Below, in pieces: positions 49,035 to 62,068 of a DNA stretch of 64,000 bases. The DNA is from Anthoceros angustus (lineage: Eukaryota; Plantae; Anthocerotophyta). Under the pieces are notes generated by a model. The model did not search any database. It saw only the letters and a list, made by a program, of their open reading frames with translations, and was not told where the DNA came from. Location of the stretch: the NCBI GenBank assembly GCA_010909165.1, contig MU008158.1, positions 2,257,478 to 2,321,477 on the forward strand, given 5' to 3'. The position numbers were made by a program, and so were the translations under genes. Numbering within the stretch: position 1 is the stretch's first letter; each line of letters opens with the position of its first letter.

Positions 49035-51324
49035 TTAAGCAGGCTCCAGGGCAATCCTTAGTTTGGAGAACTCCTTCTCAAACAGTTCACTTTCCTTTTC
49101 CCGGACATCACCTGCATCGGTGGCAGCTTGGCTGCCTCTGTGTACGGTGACACCAGGGTTCAGTGGCGTGGAGCGTGAACCAGCTTGAGCTGGTGGAGTC
49201 CGCTTTGGTGAAACTCTGCCAGGACTGCTATCCAAATCAGCTTCCAGTTCTGCCAGCTCCCTTGCAAAGTCGGCATCGTCTGCGGCACTTGTTTCAGGCG
49301 AGGGTTCCGTAGCACTGGCTGGGGCAGGCTCAGGGCCGGTGTTAGCTGCTGCTGGGCTGGGATGCTCACTTTCAGGCTCCATTGTGCTAGACCTATGTTC
49401 ATCCGATTTGGCGTGAACCTCTGCCTCTAGAGCTGCAAGCTCCTGCTCGAAGGCGGCATCAGCTGTGTCGATTGTTGTGAGAGACGTTCCTGCTCACAAC
49501 CAGGTGAATGTACTAAGGCAAATGAAGCGAGGGTTGTGCTGACATAAGTAGCTGAGAGGATAAGAGACCAGTTGATATCTCACCAAAAGTTTCTTCAAGC
49601 TGCTTCTGATGTGCAACTGTTTCTGCAACGTCGTCGAGGCACTCATGGAGCTCCTCCAAGGTGACATGATGCTCCTTGATGGCAGTTGATCCTACCTGCA
49701 TAGCTTTGGTCACCTGCAAAAACAGAGAAACAAAGTCAAAGGCACCTCACATTAGAGCTGAATATGAATGCTCTGCTACGTACCGTCTTCGTTGTCTCCG
49801 CATCAGAGATGACTGTGAGAACTTCGTTTATCCTTTCAAGAAAACCAGCACAGGTTTCTCGGCTAGCCACTGCCAGTTTCATGCATCGCAAATGTCTTAA
49901 TGCCTTTTGCCTCTCACCACTTTTCGCTGCAAGTGCAGCTGAGTTTTTGGACCTGCACATATTAAGGCTGAACTATTGTGAGAATCAATATGAGGGCGCA
50001 CTTCCCTTCAGCATGAATCAGATTCAAATGACGCTCTCACGTGGCCACTTGGTTGTCCAAGACATCTGTCTGATGCTGAAGCTTTTCTTTCGTCCAGTAG
50101 AGCTGCAACAAGTGCATATCATTGTCTGTAGCCTTGGCCACAGGCTGCTGAGTCAGAGCAACCTTCAGCCCCTGCAATCACGAAAGGCACACTCCAGTCA
50201 GCATCACTAGCGGATACGCATACTCCAAGGGGTTGTCACAAGCCTTGAATCCTCTGAAGTCACCATCCTCTAAAAAGGAGTTCAGGGTACCACCACACCT
50301 CAATCTTGTCATCTCCTTCAATCTGCAAACATTGGGCCCTCTTATGGAGCAGCAAATAGTGTCGGATCACCATCGCAGCGTCCCGTCCTCCACACAACTC
50401 CACAAATCTTGAGATTGTCACAACGCAGGTTGTGGACCACTGTAAATCCCTTAGAACCTTAACGACCTGCTCTGCTTTCTCCTGAAAGCCACAAGGGAAG
50501 AGGTGTTAAAAGCTAATAGGACTACGCAGGGCAGTCCGGTGCTGTGCTGTGCTGTTCTCCATCTCCAGCTCTCTAACAGGTACGAAGTAGAAGTGGCGCA
50601 TGAGTGGTACAACGTTAGTTAAACAACAGGCAAACCTACTGGCATGTCCATACACGATTACCTCACCTGCAACAGTTCAGTGACGATCAACTTTTTTTGT
50701 GAAATGCTTATCTCCCCCGAGGCTGGTGTGCCAACAGCAGCCCTTCCAACCCAAATTGCAGCCCTGGTTAGTTGCGTCAGAGCCCATCTCACGTTAGAAG
50801 GAGCCTCCTTCATGAATTCCTCGCTGCTTCTAAGCTCACCTGACTTGAGCATCTCAATCTGCCAGCCGTGAAGCGTTCTGGTCAATGATCATGACTATGT
50901 AAGAAGAACAGAAACTCGATCCTTGACTAGGACCAAACCACAGAGTGCAAGCAGAGTAGAGTATAGCTGATGCAATTAACCCTACCAGCACTGTCTCCAT
51001 TCCCAAAGGCAGCAGTCCATTCCGAGCAAACCATTTCTGCTGCACCTGGAACATGCCATAATCCGGCAGCGTCAATAAATGAAAGATGCAAGAGCAAATT
51101 AAAATCTTGACGATGAGGGTGTGGTAAACCTCATTCGGCTCTATCATGATGACGTCCAAGTGTCGGGCAGCACTGACTACCAATCGCTTCCAGAACTGAT
51201 ACCTGCTCTCCCAGTCTTGCCGCTGTCCAGTGAAGGCTTTAAATCTGGCGGATGCTACGACATCATCCTCCCAGTCAGGCACACGAGTGTCCAAGAATTC
51301 AGCTAGACTCCTGTTTCCCGCCAT
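49035..51324 (-). CDS. CHMP7: CHMP7-like ESCRT-III (SNF7 family) protein, multi-exon
   Basis: VPDWEDDVVASARFKAFTGQRQDW..RYQFW and WF.RNGL.PL, followed by Snf7 helices and an acidic tail. Confidence 0.85.
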
Positions 51325-51595
51325 TTCCAATTCCTACATGCAGCAACCGCTCTCGGATCCTGGGTTCTCCTTTCTGTGAATCCAATTGTACAAAGTCTAA
51401 CTGACGACCCTATTGTTTCCCGTGGTCACATAATGAGGCCCGGCAAGCGCCGAATCCAGAATCTTGATAAAGTTGTCACCCAGACTGACTGGTGGATTAC
51501 TGCCCACGTGTGGAGCTGCTGAAATGATACTAACACAAAGCCCTGTTGGTGGCACTGCGTGTTATTTCGTTTTGAAGCTCTGATGGTTGAAGGCC

Positions 51596-54500
51596 ATGGA
51601 GAGATTCTCTTCTCTTCAAGGACGGGTGTTTGAGCAGTGGGAAGATGCTGACGATGAGTTTCAGCTGCGGGAGGCTAGCCCTCCTGCCAGACTGTTGCCT
51701 CTGGGTCGAATTTTGAGCACCTTGATGTCAGCGGAGGACCGTGATTTGCGCTTGGCTCTGACCAACAAATCTGGCAGGCTTCAGCGGGGTAAGGCCCGAG
51801 ACGGACGGGCAGATAATGGAAATGATTTGGGAGCTCAATGAATTTGTCTTTTGGTTCCCCTACGTAATTACCAGGATCTGAGCAGGCAGTGGTGACTCTT
51901 CTCAATTTACTTGCTGTGTAGGTCCTCTGGCAAGAACAGTATCGGACCTGGTGCAACATGCTAAGTTATTGGTTCAGAAAGGGAGCTCTTTGGATCCTCT
52001 GGTCGTGCCCTTGCTTGAGCAGGTTGTGAAGTCCAGGGATCTTACCAACCGTAAAGCAGGCTTCCGCTTGTTCCGGTTGCTTATTGAGAATGACGATTTT
52101 GGTTGGGGGGTGGCCATGCATCTGGTCCGGTTGATTCAGAAGAAGGAAATCGACAATCGTGTCAGGCTTGGTTGGTGCTTGGTTGTCCGTGAACTGATTC
52201 AATCCGGGTCAGTGTGCTGCAAACCCGTGAATACAGGTCTGTTTAGCATTCATGAATTTGCCATCAGCTCGAAATCATAGCCAATCTGTGGAGCTACTGC
52301 GCTGATAATTCTGAAGTAGCACATTTTCTACATGTTCAGGACATTTACTTGATGACATTGGACCACAGTTGGATATTGTTGTGCTTTTTGCAAGCTGCAT
52401 CGTCCAGCTTGTCAGTGTTGTTTGCCAAGCGAGGTAAAAGTTCTCATCTGTCCTGATACTTCCGAACTATTTAGGCGTGAGCAGATCTGCTCTAACCGTG
52501 GGTTACATATTCTGTGGCAGTGTCAGTGATGGAAAAAGGCGAAGTCCTACTCGGTTAGCCACAGCTGCTGCAGACTGTGTTCTTATTATAACCAAGGTTC
52601 TCGCCTCAGGCTTGGCTAATGTGGAAGACACATCCAAGAAGAATCGAGCGGGAGGCTCACCTCAGAAAAGTCTCATATCTCCTGTAGAGTCCAATCATGA
52701 CGGTTCTGATAAACATAGGGAGGTCTTTGAAGTTGATGACCAGGAACCATGCTCTTCGGGGCGTGCACCTGAGGATAGCCAGAGGAGAAGGGAACGTGTT
52801 CTTTGGGACCACCTGGACAGCCTTGTTCTTTTGGTTGTAGAACTGCAGGAGGTAATGAGATGTCTTTTGTTGAGTGGATGTGTGTCCTTACTTGTGTTAG
52901 AACGGCTTGTTGTAATAGGCTTCTAATATGGTATCTGAACTTTCTGTAGTGGAGTATCGTATCACGACCATTGCATGCAGCAGGCCTGCGACAAGTACAG
53001 AAGCGCTTGCAAATGCTTGCTAAGTTTAGGGATTCCCTACAGGCAGAAGGTGGTGGTACGTGTTATACTTTCACTGCGGGGATCAGGATGATTCCCCAAT
53101 CTGAAGGCCTGAAAGTTTTCCCTTGGCAAATGCAGAGATCACAGTTGGGATTCAAGTTCTGGCAGCATGCTGGGAACAATACAGTGGCTTGCTAGTTTGT
53201 GATGATCCTAATTTATCCCGCCATCCTGAAGCAGCTGTTCAGCAGTGGATGGGTGCCCTTCAGGTAGATGAAATGAGTTGGTTCCATGGTGCCCTAAGGC
53301 TTCTGATTGTGGCCTCTCGTAGTCATTGAACGCAGCAGCTTCGTTGTGTGTCTACAGTATTATTCTCAAGATCAAGATGAACTTGACCAGAATGGGGAGA
53401 TGTCGTCCAGAAGTAAAAGAGCTGATGAAATGAGAAGATATGCTCTAGCGTGTTTGGCTCTTGTTCTGGGACGTCTGGGGCCACGGCAATTTGATTTACT
53501 CCTGGAGAAAACTGAGCAGCAGGTTTTGCAACTACTACTAAATCAGGTTGGTTCCAACAGCTTTCCAGATTGTTACTTTTGATTGTGCAAATCTCGGCAG
53601 GAGCTAGTATCTATCCAGACTAAGCCTTTGTCCACGTCATTTTGTGCCCAGTTACGATGCGGAGATGATCAAGCAGTAGACCTGTCAGTGGCTGTCGTGA
53701 GGGCCATACTATTTCGTGTTCCCACCACATCACAAGGCAGTTCTTCAGTTCCTGATGTCACACGTGTGGAGGCTCTTATTCCATCACTCATGGAGCTTCT
53801 GGACGCACGAGATTTTGCAGCTAGAGCAGTAGTACTGTTGATTGCAGAGTTCTTTGCCGCGTATCCTTGAACATACTTTATGAAGACTGTGGGCTGCTTA
53901 AAGAGTTAGAGTTAGCACCTTGAGGTCTAGCCACACCTTGAGTTCGTTGAACTTGACTGACTTTCAGCAATCCAGGATCGCCTGAGTTGGACCAATTATT
54001 CATCAGGCTCGATTCTGCAGAAAGAATAAAACGTAGGAATGCTCTGGATATACTGGGTGAACTGCTCTCCATAGCGACCCGAGCCACTGATGTTGCTGAC
54101 TCCATGCTCAGGTTTTGTCGTCTCACCGATTCTTGTTGGGCCCAAGTCTTTGGCTACGTCATTCAATTTCTGAAGGTGATGAGAGCACATGTTACTGATT
54201 CGCTTCCTGTGCTGTAATAGTCAGACAATTGCTAAGCACCTCCTCAGCCGGCTTGGGGATGAAGAACTGAGTAACCGAGTGGAAGCCTCTGCTCTTTTTG
54301 CAAAACTTGGTAAGAAAGCATGAAGAAGCTTTGAGTGAGAACTTGCTAATGATAGTTATTTTGCCTTCTGTGTTTTTTAATGTCCAAGCTTTTGTGGAAG
54401 CTGGTTAGTTAGTTCGATGATGAATTTGTATGTTTTGTTGCGTTGAGCAGATCCCAATTTCGTTCTTCCAGCTCTTGTTAGCTCTATGTTCTCCCTTGAT

Positions 54501-57500
54501 GGACGTATCCGGTCTTCTGCAAGCTCTGCTATCTTATCTCTTTTGAAGAGCCACTCAAATCATGGACCTGTTATCAGTCTGTTGCTGGACTGCGTCACGT
54601 AGGTTTCACGCATCATCTTTTCCACCTGTGATTTCGCCAGATCCTGTCAGCCCTTGTTGATAGGAGGGATCACATGTTTCAGCAATCTATCAGAGACTCT
54701 GTCTGCGGTGCATCCTGGTCAAGCAGAGCGGCTCACTGCAGAAAAATCAAGTATGGGATTGCATTGAGCACTGAAGTCGTTTCTCTTTAAATTCTCTCTT
54801 CAGCTAGTAAATGGCTTGGAATGAGCCTGAACGGATACCCTGGACTCGTGCCTATATTCTGTTCATGCTTCGTTGTTTCATATCTCCCTGTGTTGCTTTA
54901 ACCCAACAAGACCGGCCTCTTGCTCTGCCTGGTATTCATGCAGGGTCTCGTGTGGATATAGATCCAATCATGAGCCTGGTGCCAAGCTGGGCTGTTACAG
55001 TACGAAGCCTCCATCTCTCTATATTTGTGCTTTTTCTTAATAAACTCTTCCATCCCACTCAATTTTGATCGTCATGTGTCCAATAACAGGTGCAAGATTG
55101 GGATCCGCTACTCAAACTCATTCTGAACAAGATGGAGGGGGAGCCGTCAAACCCCGTTCTACCACGGTTTCTCAGTCAGATTAGTCCATACGTAGAAGAC
55201 AAGTCTGGCATTGTTTTTTCTCATGTTCTGGAAGTCATGACCCAGCAGCAGAGGTATCTGAAGCCTATCCTTGCTCCTCATATCTGTCAATGGCATTTCA
55301 TGTAACCAATTTCTTGTTTGCTCCACTTCCTTACCATCTTATCTTAAGCTCTTTAACTTGCAATTTATGGGGCTGACCAGCATTCTGCCCATGGGAGATG
55401 CAAAGTCATGGCAAGGTGATACAGGGGCAATGGCCACGCAGCTGTTTCAACGGCTCAGTCCCCTTCTTGTGTTAAAGGTGCTTCCTCTGAAGATGTTCAG
55501 TGACAGCAAGCAAAAGCATATGTATGGGAACTTGCTCAGTGTACCCCGTTGCGAAACAGGTACACATCTTTTTTCTTGTTCAAATGCCCTCATATGGAGC
55601 ATTTTAGTCTCCCAGGGCTGAGCTGAACTTATGGGCAGCTTTCTTCAGTTGTTGCACTGTAATGTTCATCATGCAGAGTATTCTCTGATGCTGTTACACT
55701 GAGCTTGTGAAGTCTCCGAGGTTGCTCTGAGCGACCCTATGGTTCATGTTGCTGTTCCAGATGAATTAAGACCAACAGAGTGTGGTGTAAAGGATGTGAA
55801 GGAGGGTGCAGAGGTGGTACCCTGTGTCGCAAGTCTCTTAATGCAGAGGTACAAATTAATGCTTTGTATGGTTGCCTTGAGAGTTATGCTGCAGCTCCAC
55901 GGGCTATCTGGACTCTCCATATGTTTCATCAGGGCGTGTGCAACCTATGAATTCCAAGATGTTCGCAAACTAGCATCCGAGCTTGCTGGTCGCCTTTTGC
56001 CAAATGTAAGGCTACCCCTCATCTGTCTGCATGATTCAAGCCAAGTGAGAGTAATTTGCTTGTTCCTTACAGCCTTGAAATTGTCTGAAGAAATGGATTT
56101 GGGCCATGCATGCAGTTCTTGCTGCCTCGGATCGCTCAAGAGCTCGAACAAGCGACTGTTGCTCGTGATACAATCCAAGCCAGGGCATGCATATATGCAC
56201 TTTGTAACTCCCTCATGGTACTCTCGGCAGTCAACCTGTATTTGTTGTGAGGATATGAGTAGGCAACATCTATATCTTCGGACACCGGTCTTGTCTGTAT
56301 CATTTGCATGCTTGTTTCCCATGTGTGCAGATAAGGGGTAAAGAAATTCTCTTCTACCCAGAAATGTCAGGCATCTGCGTTTGCCTAATTTCGATACTCC
56401 TGTGGCCGTCGAGTGATGAAGGTTAGCTGGTGAATGTTGCTACTCTGCCCTTTGCTTGCACTTTTGTTGTTCGGGGTTTAGCCTGCCCTTAGAGATTCTG
56501 ATGGCGGAGATGGGAGTTTCATCTTATGCTGATAGTATCCTCTGAGATTGTCAAGACCCAACATGGATGCATAGACTGTTTCGCCATGATCATACTGGCT
56601 GAACTTGCACCTGGGAAACAAGCTAGTGAGGAAAGTAGTCTGCCAGCATCACAAGCTAAACCAAAGCTTGAAGAGGAAATGGGAGAGGCACCCATGGACG
56701 TTGAGGATATAATGGACGGACAGGTATTTGCTCAGGAGGTCTCATTGGAACCACAGCTTCAGGAGATTTCAATCAGACCAAAGCCAAGCCAGACCAGGCC
56801 CGTACTGATTGAGAAAGACAGTGGCAGGCGTAGCCTGATTGAAGAGGTCACAGACAAGTCCGAAGTTTTTGGGCCAGTTTCCAAAACAGGTGAAAGAAAA
56901 AGCGCCCCAATCGCCTTTGGTGTCTCATTTGCTACCTTTTCTACTTATCGGGCACTGATACGGGCTACTGCATGCCACATTGCAGGTGCCCGGCGGGAAA
57001 AGTGTGGAGTCTGTCCAACGATCCTAAGCTGTCTGACTGGACAGAAAAGGCATGTGCCTTTCATCGTGGATGAGCAGGGGCAGCATTATTGCAAGGCGAG
57101 TGCACTATTACCAGCAGGGATGCATTTCAATCGAGCTAGCGGCACCTCGCTCACAGGACAGTCTTTCCGGGCTCCTGTCCCTCTCCGACTGTGCATGGCA
57201 AACGTGCTCATCAGTGTCTGTCAGAAGATTTCCCTCCCTTCTCGTCAAACGTTTGCAAGATTGGTCGTGCCTCCAGTAATGAATTATGCACAGGTTCGTT
57301 CCAACTTCCTCTGCTTGTTATGATTTTCAGCTCTCACTTGTTGAGTTTGCTAATCTGTTGTCAATTTCAGAGTGGAACTGAACCTCCGATCAAGGCAGCA
57401 TGCTTGCAAGTTCTGTTCAGTGCTGTGTACCATCTGAAAGCTCCAGCAATGCTTCCCTACTGCACGGATCTGCTGAGGTTGTCAACGGCTCTCATACGAG

Positions 57501-57793
57501 GTCCAGGGCCAACTGAGGTAAAATGTTTGTCGTCAGTGCCTTGTAACAAAGACCCACTTCCTGTCCCAGTTTACTTACCCCTTGCTGCAAACCAGGCGCG
57601 AGTTGGTGCGGTGAAGGTATTGACGGCTCTGCTAGCAAGTGAGGAGACAGTTATCAATGAACTAGCCGCAGACCTCCCTGATGCTCGTACTGTTCTAGAA
57701 TCAGTTTCCCGGATGGACACATCGAGCCAAATTCGAACTCTTTGTGAGCAGCTTCTTGGTTGCATGGTAACTCCTGTAAAAACCGTCTTGTAA
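51596..57793 (+). CDS. Large ARM/HEAT-repeat protein, many exons
   Basis: Many GT-AG exons encoding Leu-rich helices: PTRLATAAADC, LFQRLSPLLVLK, EFQDVRKLASELAGRL, QHGCIDCFA and LCMANVLISVCQKI. Confidence 0.72.
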
Positions 57794-58004
57794 GAAACCC
57801 CTATACGGGACTTGATGTCGAGCGTACACGGACCGTGCACTGACCCGCTGGTTAAGGTACCCGTCCGGGGAGCCTCCTATCCAAACTTCTTCATGTCCGC
57901 TCGTCGTCCCGCTGCGGAAGGCTGTGAATCTGCCAATGCAGTTTGAAAGCGCGATGATGCTTCAGCTTTGAGGAGCTCCGCGGAGTCGTGTAGAAGCGCA
58001 GAGA

Positions 58005-59118
58005 ATGGCAACGGCTACTGCTCCAGCCGTAGCCTTCCCCTCACAGTCCGCGTTCCGTAGCAAGGGACGGTCTGGCAACAGGAATGGAGTCTCCGGAGTG
58101 CAATGCTCTTTTCTTACCGGAGGCATGGGGCAATGGCAGCAAAATGCGGGAGCGGTGAGCCGGGAAGTGTCCTCTTCGCAGAGGAGGGGCACCGTGGTGT
58201 GCGGGCTGGGAGACTATTTCGGAGGAGATTTGTTAGGATTTGACCTCGGGAAATGGTCGAGGGACGTGGAGGAGCACGGTGCCATCGCCGTTTATCCCCC
58301 TCCGGAGGGCGGGTACGAGGGCCGCTATGCGACCAAGCTCAAGGTGGAAGGTTACCACTTTCTCAACCTCACTGCCAGGGGATTGGGGGACCTGGAAGCT
58401 TATTTGACGAAAATCCACGGTGTCAGGCCTGTAAGATTCTCCCTGCCTTCTCCTGCATTTTTACAAGCTGATGGTTGCTGGAATTTGGATCTGGTACCTT
58501 GGCCTGGTCAGGTATGGTAGGTCTCTGCATCATTTGCCAGCTAGTAGAGCCTAGTTCTGTCTCCCTCAGGGGTGTTCGCATGCCGCACTGAGCTGAGAGT
58601 GGCGCAGTATGTAGCGGATTCATGACACAGTTTTTGTTCCTCGGGTGCAGCCTCACCTCGGAAAGCAAGCGATTGCTCGTTGGTACTACCCGCCAGAGAT
58701 CGACTACAGGCTCTCCATCCTTCCCAAGAACAGCAAGGGCCTCGTCCTTTGGCTCATCGAGGCGCATGTACGTATTCTGCACCCGTTCCTTGTTCTGCTA
58801 CTGATCATGTACGATTCTCGTCACCGAACTCGTCTCAAGACTGCCTGGATTGCTGAAAGTGTCCTGCTTCAGGTTCTGTCCAAGAGCGAGCTCCAATTTC
58901 TGGCACTTTTGCCTACATTAAGGCCGGAGGTGAAGGTGATTGCAGAAGTCGGCACCTGGTAAGTTACATTACTCAATTTCATTTGCTTGCGCACGAATTT
59001 CCTCTTCCTCGACTGACACCCCCAAACTTTCGATTTTCTCAACAGGCGGAAATTTACATGGAAACCCTTGAAAGATGTCGCTGGCGTTTCTGACAGCCCG
59101 GCGCCGGTGACAAAATGA
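58005..59118 (+). CDS. NdhN: NAD(P)H-quinone oxidoreductase subunit N, chloroplastic, 4 exons
   Basis: AIAVYPPPEGGYEGRY, ARGLGDLEAYLTKIHGVRPPHLGK, KGLVLWLIEA and EVGTWRKFTWKPL. Confidence 0.95.
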
Positions 59119-59352
59119 TTATCCTATTGGTCCAACCGACCGTATGGATTTGTACATGTTGGCCCACAGTGTGCATCTGTCTCCCACTTGTTTGTGCACT
59201 TGTTTACTGTTCACCTGCAACATGGCTTTGAAGGTCGAAGGCCTATCCACATGGGGTCTGCGTCGGTAACAGATAATTTATTTCTATGTGTACATTGCTC
59301 ATCTTTTCATAAAATCGCACCGGTATTGCACAAATCTGTTTTCGGTTTGCGG

Positions 59353-61230
59353 CTACTTGTGCTTGTTCCATTGCTGGAGGTAAGAGGAGAGTTTTACGTC
59401 CTGCGGACCGTTAGCCGCCTTCGGGCAAGACCGAAAGTTTGGGAAATCTGACAGAATCGGGGAGGACGAGTGCAAGCCAAAGTCGGATTCGGCGTGGTTG
59501 TTGACTCCAACAGATGAGGAGTAGTATGTCTTCCAAGTCATGCTGTTGAGTCTGTCCACATTTGTCACTTTCTCGCATTGCAGGTAGGTGGGAGTATCAA
59601 GAGGAGCCAGAGGATCCACAATTGCCATAGAAGCTATCACGTTGCCTGCATTCCACTCAATCCACCGCGTTAGGAGTCTGGCTATCTCAGGTTCCATTCC
59701 GTCGCACAGCGAACACGAAATGAATGTCTTCACGAATCGTACCTGTGGGAAGGCCGCTGCAACCTCCACTCACCCTTGCTGGAACGCTGCCGGCTAGATT
59801 GCAGCTCACTCCATTCTGCTTTTTGATGCCGCAGAACCGACTGAGCCAAGGAAATCTCTGGAGAAATTGGAAGGCAAGAAGATGGAGGTGTCAAAGCATT
59901 TGGAAACGGGAGTCGGTGTGACTTGAGCATGAAAAGAGATGCGCTCACCGTGTTGACGGCGTTGGAGTTGAAGAGGAGGGTCCTCTGCCGATCCCAGCCT
60001 TGCCCCAGGCTCCCAGGGTTGCAGTTGTTGACGTCGTAGTTTTGGCAGCTGATCCAGCCCGGGAGGTGTTGATTGACGTTGAGGAAGCCGGAGATGGTGT
60101 TGTAGTGGCCGGTGTTGAGCTTGAGGCCGGCGGATGTGTTGAAGCAGATATGGCCGTCCGCCACAACCCCGCTGGAGCAGAAGTCGAGGTAGAGGCAATG
60201 CTGGCCTCCGACCACGTAGTTGCACTGCAGGTAGTTGCCAGGGTTGATCCAGTGCGTGGCGAAGTAGAATGCGGAAGAATCCGGGAGCACTTCGTAGCCG
60301 GGATCGACCGTGACGTAGTTGTTGGTCATGGTTGTAAGCATGCAATCCCCCACGTTCTGGTTGCCCTTGCCGCAGTGGATTGACATGAATTTCTGGTTGC
60401 GGAGAAAGTTGTTGGAGATGGTGACGCCGACTGCGGCCCTGGTGAGCAGCACCCCGATGTAGCCGCCTGTGATCCTGGAGTTTGTGAGGGAGATATGCGG
60501 GAGGGTGAGCTGCGGGCCGTCTCCGACAAACGAGAATTGCACTGCGCATCTGTCGGAGTTGATGGAGGTAATGCTGAGGGAGTCCAGCCCGATGTTGGAG
60601 CTGTTGAAGACGTCAATTCTTCCCAGGATTTCAGCTTGCGCCACCTGCACGCCCCATGAACCGGCAATGTAGAGCGCTGGACAGAGGGTTGGAGGACTTC
60701 CAATGTGGTCCAATGCCAGGGGACAGGCTGGAGAGGAAGCCGAAATCGGAAGCCGGAGGTTGATTTGCTGGACCAGAATGTTGTGCGCCCCGATGATTGT
60801 GAACAAGGGGATCCGATCGCTCGATCCGGAGATGGTGTAAGGCTGATAGGTATCCGCTGATTGGAAGATTGTGCAGCTGTATGCGCTGTCCAATTTGATG
60901 GTGGATGAGACCGTGAAGCTTGTCTGAAGCACCAGGATCACCTTCTCCGTTGGAGAGTAGTCTGCCCTGCTGATGATATCTGCTTCCGAGTGCACTTCTA
61001 TTACGATGTCGCTGGTTGTCGAACATGGTCCACCTTCAGGGAGCCAGATGTCAGGGCAGGTGGAGTGCGTTCATGAACACTGGGAGCAGCAACTCAGGAA
61101 TTTCACACATCCAGATATCAGCTATGAACAATGTTTGTTTGCAGTGACAAGTAGTACCTGCTGCTGACAACTGGACGAGGCTCAGCATCGCTCGGATGAA
61201 CAAGAAAGCGAGGACAGTTCGATCCTTCAT
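59353..61230 (-). CDS. Secreted right-handed parallel beta-helix protein, about 4 exons, possible 1-bp frameshift near 61065
   Basis: Signal-like exon 1 (MKDRTVLAFLFIRAMLSLVQLSAA) and Asn/Ile/Gly beta-helix rungs. Motifs LYLDFCSSG and DFGLHSSSP. Confidence 0.7.
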
Positions 61231-62068
61231 TTTGTTGCTCAGACTTTCTAGCTAGCTCCTCGAAGCTACTGGGACTCCTGCCCCCCTGCAACCAACGGAT
61301 TCAAGCCGTTACGGTGAGCACTCCGATGCAAGCGTGAATGAATGGCTCTAGAGCATGACCAGCAGAGGAGGACTCAATAGAGTGTCAGAAAACAGAAAGA
61401 AGGATAGACGGTGGTGGAAGCCAGTGGCAGGAAGGATCAGCCGCTCAATCTGATTTATGCCCTGTGTCCAGACACCACTATCTGCCGAGCACTAGAGCCA
61501 CAGGCCGACCCCTTTCTTCCATCGGGAAAGAAACGATGGTGTCAGAGGAGCATGACGAGGTGTAACATGGTCACAGGAGACTTGGGTTGTCTGCAAGCAG
61601 CTTTCGATTGTCCTTACCCATAAGAAAAGCATTCATTGCTGTTGGAGCTGCCAAAGAAGGAGCTTGTGCAGAGTCAAAAGAGTCACCAGGGTACAGTCGA
61701 CTCCTTTGCGGTACTACACAGATCACACAACACTATATGTACATATGTACGTACATAGTCTGCAAAGAGGCACTCAACAGGTGGGAACTCGTCAAGATAC
61801 GGAAGGTCGATTTGTTGTTCCTTTTGGCGTTAAAAACAACTCATGAAATTAATCAAGACGGAACATATCTACATTAAACCCAGAGATACACTGAAACCTC
61901 GACACACTTCCACTTCCACTTCCACTTCCACTTAACAACTGGTGGCAGCAGGGAAATCATCATCCGGGAAGAACGCATTTTGTGGCCATGTCCCTGTTCG
62001 CCAGCTTGAGTGGGTTCAAAAAATGAGTTCGAGTGGAGCAACTATAATCCTAGGGGTCTCGGGAAGCA

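Noticed and set aside
16687-59118. Chloroplast or NDH gene cluster (DUF2301, FKBP18, CPP1, PnsB1, NdhN)
   Set aside because: The genes are interspersed with unrelated ones, and plastid-targeted genes are common enough to co-occur by chance.
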